A stretch of 64,000 bases of DNA, from assembly GCA_963765575.1 (NCBI GenBank), contig CAVXWZ010000008.1:192001-256000 (forward strand), in the 5' to 3' direction. Positions 40,336 through 48,445 of this stretch are shown piece by piece; the stretch's first letter is position 1, and every line of letters begins with the position of its first letter. This DNA is from an uncultured cyanobacterium (GTDB lineage: Bacteria > Cyanobacteriota > Cyanobacteriia > PCC-6307 > Cyanobiaceae). The translations under genes and the position numbers were made by a program. The notes beneath the pieces are model-generated. The model was not told the DNA's origin, ran no database searches, and was given only the letters and a program-made list of their open reading frames with translations.

Positions 40336-41495
40336 GCCGGGGCCCGTTGGCTGGCGCCGAGCTCGGGGAAGGCGCGCACCACCATCTGCACCAGCCGCTC
40401 GGCTGGACGGCTGAGGGCATCGCTCACCGGAATGCCCAGCTCCGCCTGATAGAGGGCGATGGCGGTGGAGAGCTCGTCGTCGTCCATGCCCTCGTGGTTG
40501 ATCGTGAGGCCGATCACCCGCGTGGGCGCGAAGGCCTCGATCAGCTTGATTTCGCTGGCCGGGCTGGGCATGGCCACCGCGGGAATGTCGCAGAGGCGCT
40601 GGCGTTTCGGGGCGTGCTGCAGGATCACCGCCTGGGGCTGGCCGCCCCGCAGGATGAAGGCGGAGGAGAGGTAGGCGGGATGGCTGAGGGCCCCCTGGCC
40701 CTCGATCACGATCACTTCGGGGCGCTCGCTCTCGTAGGCCTCCACCACGGCGGCCTCCACCTCACCCGAGCAGAACTGTGACGGGATCGCGTCGAGGGCC
40801 ATGCCGTAGCGGCCCCCCTGGATCAACCCCGTCTGGCCCGTGCTCACCAGCAGGGAGGGGATGCCGTGGTCGTTGAGCGCCTTCACCAGCAGGGTGGCGG
40901 TGGTGCGTTTGCCGATGGCGCCGTCGGTGCCGAGCACGGCGATGCGACGGCAGTGGGCCCGGGCGATCGAGCCGTCGAACAGCCGCAGATCCTTGAGGGC
41001 CGGCGGCCGGCGCACGTCGCGAATGGATACGCCATGGCGCTGGGCGGCGGCCACGAACGCCGGGTCGTCGAGCAGAAACTCCCGCAGGCCGTTCACCAGG
41101 TTGAGGCCGGCGCCGATCGCCGCCAGCAACAGGCTGCGATCGGCTGGGCTGAATAAGCCGTCGGCCGGTGCCACGCCGTAGATCAGGGTCGTCAGCGTGG
41201 CTCCGCCGACGGCGAGGGCGGCCTTCAGGTTGGCCACGATCGGGATGCCGTTGGCTGTCCCATCGAGCACCAGCCCGGCATCCCGGCCAGCGCAGTGGCT
41301 GTCGATCACCGCAGTGATCTGGAAGGCCTCGCAGTGGCGCACCAGGCCATGGGCCGTCTTGCCGTCCAGGCCCTCAAATTGCCCTTCGCAATAGACCACA
41401 GCGGCCGGTCGCGGTGCCGGCGGCGGCAGCGCGGTGGCGCTGGGGTACAAACGCCAGGGCGCCTGCAGGCCGGGGGCCTGGGAAAGGGATGTCAA
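40332..41495 (-). CDS. DUF1611-family P-loop protein (DgcN-like)
   Basis: GKTAHGLVR, NGL.EFL, DVRRP, GTDGAIGKRTT, TGQTG and IEGQGALSHP. Confidence 0.9.
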   Translation of the reverse strand: MTSLSQAPGLQAPWRLYPSATALPPPAPRPAAVVYCEGQFEGLDGKTAHGLVRHCEAFQITAVIDSHCAGRDAGLVLDGTANGIPIVANLKAALAVGGATLTTLIYGVAPADGLFSPADRSLLLAAIGAGLNLVNGLREFLLDDPAFVAAAQRHGVSIRDVRRPPALKDLRLFDGSIARAHCRRIAVLGTDGAIGKRTTATLLVKALNDHGIPSLLVSTGQTGLIQGGRYGMALDAIPSQFCSGEVEAAVVEAYESERPEVIVIEGQGALSHPAYLSSAFILRGGQPQAVILQHAPKRQRLCDIPAVAMPSPASEIKLIEAFAPTRVIGLTINHEGMDDDELSTAIALYQAELGIPVSDALSRPAERLVQMVVRAFPELGASQRAPA

Positions 41496-41592
41496 CGGAA
41501 GCCGTTCCTCGTCGGGAGCTCAGAGGAGGCGTCTGCGTGGCCTGCAACGGCTCCAAGCCGTGCGGGGGGACCAGAAGACTCAGCCAAGTTGG

Positions 41593-41606
41593 GTAACTGT
41601 TGTTAC
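41593..41606 (-). promoter_or_regulatory. NtcA-type binding site GTA-N8-TAC upstream of the DUF1611 operon
   Basis: GTAACTGTTGTTAC, a 5-4-5 palindrome, overlapping a minus-strand TAGAGT -10-like hexamer (41605-41610). Confidence 0.55.
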
Positions 41607-41677
41607 TCTACGGTGCCCTGAGAGCTGGTGGTGGGGCGGCCTCGATGGCCGGTTGCCTCGGCCGTGCGAGGCCGCAC

Positions 41678-42041
41678 TCAGGGCTCGAAGGGCAGGGTGA
41701 TCGGAGTGCCGACCCGGCCCCTGCAGACCACAACGATCTGCGCCGCTTCAGGGCCGAGGCTGGTGCCCTGGTGGGGTGTGTGGACCAGTTCGATCAGGGC
41801 ATCGCCCGCCTCCAGGGTGATGCTCTCGCCATTCAGGGAGTTCACCTGCAGTCGGCCCTGCAGCAGCACGCCCGCGTTCACCACGGGGTGAACATGGAGG
41901 GGCAGGGTGACGCCGGCGGGAACGGTGATCCGCAGAACGGTGACCTCGGGTTGCCCAGGGCCCGCGGCTGGGTGCTGGAACCAGCGCCATGGCGATGGCC
42001 GCGAGCAGCGCTCCTGCCTTGCGGACGACGGGATCAGGCAT
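41678..42041 (-). pseudogene. Secreted cupin-domain protein with a frameshift, probably from an internal deletion
   Basis: Signal MPDPVVRKAGALLAAIAMAL is out of frame with PGQPEVTVLRITVPAGVTLPLHVHPVVNAG...GDALIELVHTPHQG. Confidence 0.7.
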
Positions 42042-42248
42042 GGGGGAACGCCTCACGGGTCAGGGCCTGAACTGTTGGAGCAGGGTCTCGGTGCGCGCCA
42101 TCTCGCCGCCCATCACGACGGTGCTGTAGCCGCTGCCCGGGATCATCGGAGCAGCGGCAGGCGGCGATCTCTGCCCCTGAGCCATGTCTGAGGCTTGCTG
42201 CCTGGCCGACGGATCGGAGCAGATTGAGCGTCAGGGCCTCGGCCGGCA

Positions 42249-43889
42249 TCAACGGTCGCCATTGAGCCGCTGACTCAAGGCCTCCATGGCGTTGGCAACA
42301 GTCGCGAAATTGCCCATGCCAGACCGGAGACCGAATCGGCTCAGTTCCTTCTCGATGGCACTGGATGTGGTCACCAGTGCCGTGTGGATCCCGCGCTGGT
42401 GGAGCAGGTCGCGCAGTTCCAGCAAGGTCTTGGCCGCTGAGTCGTCCAGATCATCCACACCGGAGGCATCAATGACCAGTCCTCGGATCTGCTCGCCGGG
42501 CTGGCTGGTGAGACCCAGCACCTCCTGGGTGAAGCGGTTGGCATTGGCATCGAAGAGGTTGGCCTCGAAGCGGTAGGCCAGGATCCCGGGTGCGGCCAGG
42601 ATTCCTGGGCCAACCGGCACGGTGCGGAGGTCGGTGCCCTCGCTGTTGAGCGTCCACAGGTAGGTGCGGGGGCGGACGGTGTGTCGCACCTGTTCGATCA
42701 GCGAAAGCACCACGGCGAGCACGAATTCATTGCGCTGCAGGTGCCAGAGTTCGGCGAGGCCATGCCAGTCGATCAGCTGGATGCCGATCAGAAACACGAT
42801 CGTCGACAGCAGCGCCGCAGGCAGAAGCGCCAATGGTCGCGTGAAGAACAGCGGCACCAGCAGCACGACCATGGCCGCCGTGAGATGGGCGAGCTGGCTG
42901 CGACCGCCCGCGGCATCCACCATTTCTGTCTTGGTGGGACTGCCGTTCACCACGAACGTGCCGCTGAGCCCGGCCGCGAGGTTGGCGCCGGCCAGCCCCA
43001 GCAGATCCACATTGTCCAGATTCCTTTCGCGGTAGCGCTGGGCGTAGGCCCGGGTCGTGGCGGAGCTCTGGGCCAGGATCACCACGAAGCAGGACGCAGC
43101 GCTGATCAGCACCGCGTTCCACTGGGACGCGCCGACCGAAGGAATCGCCAGCTTGGGCAGTCCTCCGGGAACACTCCCCACCACATCCAAGCCCCTAGCG
43201 GAAAAATCCAGCAGCCAGCTCGCCAGGATCGAGCCGGCCACGGCAATCAGAGCACCCGGAAGCCGTCGGTTCAGGCGGAAGCAGACCACGATCACGCCCA
43301 CCACCCCCAAGGCCACCAGCAGGTGATCAAGGCGGCTTTGGCCGATCCGGGCCAGCGCACGACACCACCTGCTGTAGAGCACCGTTGCAATGCTTCTGCA
43401 GCCCGAGCAGGCCCGCCAGTTCCCCTGATGCCACCTGGATTCCGATTCCGGAAAGCAGGCCGATCAGGGCACTTCGAGATAAAAAATCCGCCAGGAATCC
43501 AAGCCGCAATCCAGCCGCTAGCACCAGCATCCCGCTAGCACCAGCATCACGGTGACAGCCAGGGCAACCGCCATCGTGAGGCTGAGGTAGGCCTGCGACC
43601 CTGGAACCGCCGCCCCCGACAGCGTGGCCACCAGGATGGCTGCGGTGGCGGAGTCGGCAGCCACCACCAGGTGCCGTGAGGCGCCGATGAAGGCAAAGGC
43701 CAGCATCGGCAGCAGCATCGTGTAGAGGCCCGTGGCCACCGGGGTCTGGGAGATGCGGGTGTATCCCATCACCTCGGGAATGGCCAGTGCTGCCAAGGTG
43801 AGACCGGCGACCACGTCGGTGCTCAGCTGGTCATGGCGCCGTGGCAGTAGTCCAGTCGCTCGTGGAACAAAGCGGTGCAGAAATGTCAA
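42249..43889 (-). pseudogene. SulP-family anion transporter with STAS domain, multiply frameshifted
   Basis: DVVAGLTLAALAIPEVMGY..GLY, GFLADFLSR, VNGSPTKT, GGRSQL and a STAS domain, in three frames; 17-bp tandem duplication at 43515-43548. Confidence 0.88.
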
Positions 43890-43985
43890 CAGAACGGGGC
43901 AATCAAGGAATCTGAATCGGCTTCGCTGAGCTGGAATCTGATGGGCAGGTCGGTCTGCGTGATGGCCATCCCGGCGAATCTCGAT

Positions 43986-44031
43986 GCTGCTTCACAAGGC
44001 CCCTTCATGAGGCTGCTTCATGAGGCCGCTT
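43986..44031. repeat. 13-bp imperfect tandem repeat (about 3.5 copies)
   Basis: GCTGCTTCACAAG / GCCCCTTCATGAG / GCTGCTTCATGAG / GCCGCTT. Confidence 0.6.
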
Positions 44032-44045
44032 ACCAGACACCGATC

Positions 44046-45534
44046 TCAGGCCCCGATCTCCAGCACTCCCATCATCCCCAGCTCCTCGTGATCGAGCACA
44101 TGGCAGTGGTAGACCGTGCGGCCGGGAAAATTGCGGAAGCGGGTGCGTAGCCGCACGCTTTCGCCCGGCCGCACCAGCACCACATCCTTCCAGGCGCGGT
44201 AGGGCTCGGGGCGTCCATCGCGGCTGATCACCTGGAAAGGATTGGTGTGGATGTGGAAGGGGTGGTCCATTACACCTGTGTTGCGCACCAGCCAGTCCTC
44301 GGTGTCGCCCAGGCGCACGCGGGTGTCGACGCGGTGGTGCTCATAGGCCTTGCCGTTGATCAGAAACACCATCCCCTGGCCAGGGGCATGCCTGGCCAGG
44401 GGCCATGCCGTGGTTGAGCACGAAGCGGCGGCTGATCGAGGGTTCCGGCAGGGGCTCCACAACGCCCAGCCGGCCGGGTAAGGGCACGGGTTCCACCGAT
44501 CCGGCGTAGCGCAGGGTGGCCAGAACAACGGGCGCGGCCGCTTCTGAGCTGGCGGCCCTGGCGGGAGCCTCGCTTCCCATCCCCATCCCCATCCCCCTGC
44601 CCATGCCCATACCCATGCCTCGTCCCATGCCCATGCCGCCCCTGGTGCGGCTGTAGGGCAGGTCCAGAAGTCGGTAGCTGCCGGGGGGCTGGTTGCCGCG
44701 CACGAGGACCTCGGCTCGCTCCCCCGGGGCCAGCAGCAGCTCCGGGAGCTGCACCGGTGCCTCCAGGGCGCCGCCGTCGCTGGCGATCAGGTGCAGGGCA
44801 TGACCCTCCAGGGCAAGCCGCCAGACGCGGGCATTGGAGGCGTTCAGCAGGCGCAGCCGCAGCAGCCCCCCGGCGGCCACGCTGAGGTTGGGGTTGCGTT
44901 GACCGTTGACTGTGAGCACGCTGCCCTCGCGGCCCAGCGCCCGGGCCATGCCGGCAGATCCCACTCCAGTGGCAGCGGCGAGGTCTTTGAGCACCAGCAG
45001 CTGCTCGGCAGCGGCGGCGACCTCCGGGATCCGATCCAGGGCTCCCCGCACCACGATGGCGCCGCCGAGGCCGCCGAACACCTGATCGCTGACGTTGCCG
45101 TGGTGGTGGGGGTGGTAGTAGAAGGTGCCGGCCGGGTGATCGTCGGGCAGGGTGAAGCGGTAGGTCTGCGACGCTCCCGGCGGCACGCTCAGAAACACGT
45201 TGTCGGCATTGCCGCTGGGGGAGATGTGCAGGCCGTGGAAGTGCAGGTTGGTGGCGGAGTCGAGGCGGTTGTGCAAGCGAATCTGCACCGCATCACCGGC
45301 TTCCAGCTCCAGTGGCGGGCCCGGCAGCTGGCCGTTGTAGGTGAGGCCGTGGCTGGGGCCGCCCGGAATCGAGAGCCTGGTGCGCTCGGCCACCAGATCG
45401 AGATCCAGGCCCCCGTTTCCGGCCGAGACGGGTGGTTGCTTGGCCGCTGTGGCGGTCTGGCGCGCGATCAGCGCCGATCCCACCGTTCCTCCGGCCAGCA
45501 CGAGGAAGGAGCGGCGGCTGAGCGGCTGGGCCAT
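44046..45534 (-). pseudogene. Tat-exported multicopper oxidase (CueO/SufI-like), frameshifted by a 16-bp duplication
   Basis: SRRSFL Tat motif, HFHG, YHPHHH, Met/Gly-rich loop, HPFHIH and HCHVLDHEELGMM; duplication at 44375-44407. Confidence 0.9.
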
Positions 45535-45600
45535 GGGGATCAGCCTCGGTGGTGAGGCCAGGGCTGGGTGGCGCCCGCTCTGGTCTGGCGGTCTGGCTTC

Positions 45601-45631
45601 AGGCTACGGACTCCCCTCGGGGGAGAGTCAA
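45601..45631 (-). promoter_or_regulatory. MerR-type promoter/operator for the multicopper oxidase
   Basis: TTGACT-19 bp-TAGCCT with ACTCTCC-N7-GGAGTCC in the spacer. Confidence 0.75.
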
Positions 45632-45653
45632 GCCTGCGGGTGCGGGATGGGGC

Positions 45654-45684
45654 TTGACCCAAGCCGGGGTGGAAGGATCAAAAT
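45654..45684 (+). promoter_or_regulatory. MerR-type promoter for the cytochrome b-like gene
   Basis: TTGACC-19 bp-CAAAAT with right half-site GGAAGGA at the CueR-box position. Confidence 0.6.
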
Positions 45685-45702
45685 CAGAAGTTCCACCACC
45701 CC

Positions 45703-46434
45703 ATGTCCGCAAGAGCACAACCCCCAGTCCAACCGCTGATGTTGCGGGCACTGCACGGTGTCACCGGACTGCTGCTGATCGCAGCCCTGTTCACGGCCTA
45801 CTGGACGTATGACACCTACGACGGTCGCTTCGGGGGCCTACCACTGCCTGACGTTGCCGCCATGGAGGGAATTCATGGCACGTTTGGGCTGCTCACCTTG
45901 GTGGTGTTTCCAGCCTTCCTCATCTATGCCGTTCACCACGGACAGCAGCGGCTGATTCAGGTTGATGCTGCCTCTGCAAGACGACAGGTCCATCCCAGAA
46001 GGGGTACGCGTGCCTGGTGGTATGGACTGCACCGTGGGCTGAACACCTGGTCGCTGGTGGCCCTCACTTTTGCATTGTTCAGCGGCAAGATGATGAACGA
46101 AACCTGGCTGCCTCGGGGAGAACTGCATCATCTCTGGTACAGCTTGCACCTGATCTCCTGGCTGATCATGGTGTTGACAATGGTCTTCCACATCGGCATC
46201 AATGCCCGACTGGGTGGAGTGGCCTGGATGGGCTCGATCTGGAGCTGGCGCCTGGGCCCTGAGGATCACCCTGAGCGATGGCTCGCTGATCTTCGGCACG
46301 GGTGGGCTGGCCTGCGCCAGCGGCTCGAGAGCGGCGGCCTCCAGGCGAGGTTGATCACCTCCCCTCTGGTGGTGCTGGAATCCAGCCTGGTGACCAGCTT
46401 GCTCCTGGCCTGGTTGATTCCCCTCTGGCGTTGA
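45703..46434 (+). CDS. Cytochrome b/b6-like (Ni-hydrogenase CYTB-type) membrane protein
   Basis: Four helices carrying candidate haem-ligand His residues (LRALHG, GIHGTFG, LHRGLN, LHL...FHI). Confidence 0.75.
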   Translation: MSARAQPPVQPLMLRALHGVTGLLLIAALFTAYWTYDTYDGRFGGLPLPDVAAMEGIHGTFGLLTLVVFPAFLIYAVHHGQQRLIQVDAASARRQVHPRRGTRAWWYGLHRGLNTWSLVALTFALFSGKMMNETWLPRGELHHLWYSLHLISWLIMVLTMVFHIGINARLGGVAWMGSIWSWRLGPEDHPERWLADLRHGWAGLRQRLESGGLQARLITSPLVVLESSLVTSLLLAWLIPLWR

Positions 46435-46634
46435 TGGTGGCTGCTCTCAGTGGGTGATCGGAGACGGTTGCAGGGCTGGGCCATCGCCATGGCTCGCCCC
46501 GCGCCGTCCGCCTGGGGACCTCTTGGAACCTCCTTCTGCTCCCGCAGCCGAAAGCATGTCGAAGTGTGCACCGTCGCTGCAGGCGCAGGCTCTTCGCACA
46601 TGCTTGAAGGCTGTCTATCCCTGCACTCCCGCTG

Positions 46635-47120
46635 ATGCCCGTCTCCCAGAGCACGATCGACATTGTCAAGGCCACGGCGCCCGCCGTGAAGGAACACGGC
46701 GAGGCCATCACCAGCCGGATGTATGAGATCGCCTTTGCGGAGCGGCCCGATTACAAGCTGGGTTTTGAAACCACCTGGATGGTGGATGCCCATGGCAAGG
46801 GCCAGGCCCAGAAGCTGGCCGCCTCGGTGTATGCCTATGCCACCCACATCGATCGGCTGGACGAACTCGCGGCGGCTGTGGATCACATCGCCCACCGCCA
46901 TGTGGCCTGCAGGATCCTGCCGGAGCAATACCCCTTGATCGGCGCCAAGTTGCTGCAGGCGATGCGGGATGTGCTGGGGGAAGCGGCCACCGATGAGGTG
47001 ATCGCCGCCTGGACCGAGGCCTATGAAGCCCTGGCCGGCATCTTCATCGAGGCGGAGGCCCGGCTGTACCGCCAGAACGACGCGGCCCTGCAGGAGCGCC
47101 TCGCGGCACCACCGGCCTGA
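46635..47120 (+). CDS. Single-domain 3/3 globin (Vitreoscilla Hb / flavohaemoglobin globin-domain type)
   Basis: TIDIVKATAP...G.AIT..MY (TyrB10), Q..KLA (E7), IAHRH (HisF8), PEQYP.IG..LL and AW.EAY; no reductase domain. Confidence 0.92.
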   Translation: MPVSQSTIDIVKATAPAVKEHGEAITSRMYEIAFAERPDYKLGFETTWMVDAHGKGQAQKLAASVYAYATHIDRLDELAAAVDHIAHRHVACRILPEQYPLIGAKLLQAMRDVLGEAATDEVIAAWTEAYEALAGIFIEAEARLYRQNDAALQERLAAPPA

Positions 47121-48322
47121 CCGGCCCAGGCGCGGCAGGGCTCAGGTGGGCTAGTGGTGTTGAGCTTCGCTGAGGTGGTGTGATGCAGTTCCGGATCGGC
47201 GAAGCGTCCCGCCTGAGCCAGCTGCCTGTGAAGACCATTCGCTACTACTGCGACCAGGGATTGATTCAGCCCACCGAGAGAACGGAGGCGGGGTATCGGC
47301 TGTTCGACGCCCAGGCCCTGGAGGAGCTGGATCTGATCAAAAAGCTGCGCTCTCTGGACGTCAGCCTTGCTGACATTCAGCGCATCCTCGACGCCCGGCG
47401 CTCGGGTTTTTGCGCCTGCGACGACCTCAGGGCAACGCTGGTGCGCTACTCGGCCCTGATTGAGGAGCGCATCAGCTCCCTGCACACGATCAGGACTGAA
47501 CTCGATGCCCTGGCCAGCAGCTGGGAGCTCTGCGGCCGCCCCCAGCGCTCCTGAACTGCCCAGCACCGACCTGGCCCGCGGCCCTATCGCCCTGCCAGAG
47601 CCGGCCACGAGCACGGCCGCGCCCATGGCCACCATGATCAGATTCTCCGCGAAACTCACCACCCCCAGGGGCGTGCTGCTGTTGCCGCCCACGCAGGCGC
47701 AGTTGAGCGCCAGCTTGTCGATGTAGACCGCCTTGGTCACCGACACCATGCCCGCCAGACCCAGCAGCAGGGCCAGCAGGGCGGCCAGGGGCACCGGGGG
47801 GGTGATCAGGAAGCCCAGCCCAGCCAGCAGTTCCAGGCCGGGATAGAGCTGGGCGTACAGCGGCAGGCGCTGGCTGATCAGGTCGTACTTGAGAAAGCTG
47901 CTGGCGAAGGCCTCCACATCCATCAGCTTCAGCATCGCCAGCAGGCAGAGGGCGTAGCCCATGAAACCGCGCAGGCCGCCGCCCACCGCCAGACTCACCA
48001 GCAGGGCCGTGCCAAACACGGCGAGCACGGGCGTGTAGGACACGCTGGCGCCCTCCGGCCGCACCCCCAGGCGCGTCGCCAGGTCGGTGTAGCCACCGAT
48101 GCGCTCCGCGCCGGCGAAGATCTGGGGGGTGCTGGCCACGCCCTGCTCAGCCTTGAAGGCCTCGATGGCGGCGGGGCTGGTGAGGCGATGGTCGGCAAAC
48201 GGGATGCCGTGCTCCTGCAGCAGGCGGATTGTCTTCAGACCCCAGGGGCAGGGCTGCTCGGGCAGATCCATGCGGTAGAGCCGCACCTCGGAGAGCGCAG
48301 GCCGCGCCGTGGGGCTGGGCAT
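47021..48322 (-). CDS. Glutaredoxin-like + MauE/DoxX membrane redox protein (recognisable part ends ~47600; ORF reads through antisense to merR)
   Basis: CPWG and TPQIF...IGGY.DL glutaredoxin fold; LKLMD...F..YD, YP..E and LNCACVGG..PLG.VS..EN MauE motifs. Confidence 0.85.
   Translation of the reverse strand: MPSPTARPALSEVRLYRMDLPEQPCPWGLKTIRLLQEHGIPFADHRLTSPAAIEAFKAEQGVASTPQIFAGAERIGGYTDLATRLGVRPEGASVSYTPVLAVFGTALLVSLAVGGGLRGFMGYALCLLAMLKLMDVEAFASSFLKYDLISQRLPLYAQLYPGLELLAGLGFLITPPVPLAALLALLLGLAGMVSVTKAVYIDKLALNCACVGGNSSTPLGVVSFAENLIMVAMGAAVLVAGSGRAIGPRARSVLGSSGALGAAAELPAAGQGIEFSPDRVQGADALLNQGRVAHQRCPEVVAGAKTRAPGVEDALNVSKADVQRAQLFDQIQLLQGLGVEQPIPRLRSLGGLNQSLVAVVANGLHRQLAQAGRFADPELHHTTSAKLNTTSPPEPCRAWAGQAGGAARRSCRAASFWRYSRASASMKMPARAS
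47183..47554 (+). CDS. MerR-family (heavy-metal-type) transcriptional regulator
   Basis: IGEASR...VKTIRYY...GLI.P..RTEAGYRLF; Cys77-x-Cys79 and Cys117. Confidence 0.93.
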   Translation: MQFRIGEASRLSQLPVKTIRYYCDQGLIQPTERTEAGYRLFDAQALEELDLIKKLRSLDVSLADIQRILDARRSGFCACDDLRATLVRYSALIEERISSLHTIRTELDALASSWELCGRPQRS

Positions 48323-48357
48323 GACAGGCGGCCGCTCGGCCCTTGGGGTCATCCTTC

Positions 48358-48424
48358 ACGCTATGGAGTCCAGTGGGGGGAGAGTCAAGGGCCTGGACTC
48401 TCCCCCCACTGGAGCCCATACGTT
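48358..48424. promoter_or_regulatory. Back-to-back MerR-type promoters forming a ~59-bp palindrome
   Basis: Minus strand TTGACT(48388-48383)-19 bp-TAGCGT; plus strand TGGACT(48394-48399)-19 bp-TACGTT; arms 48362-48386 and 48396-48420 match at 23/25. Confidence 0.8.
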
Positions 48425-48445
48425 GCCTTCAGACGCACCGTTGGC

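Noticed and set aside
42034..42252. 72-aa ORF between the SulP and cupin pseudogenes
   Set aside because: It looks like fused ends of deleted genes; no supportable product.
44575..44640. Repeat-like CCCATG/CCCATC array
   Set aside because: It encodes the Met/Gly-rich loop of the multicopper oxidase; it is not a CRISPR or non-coding repeat.
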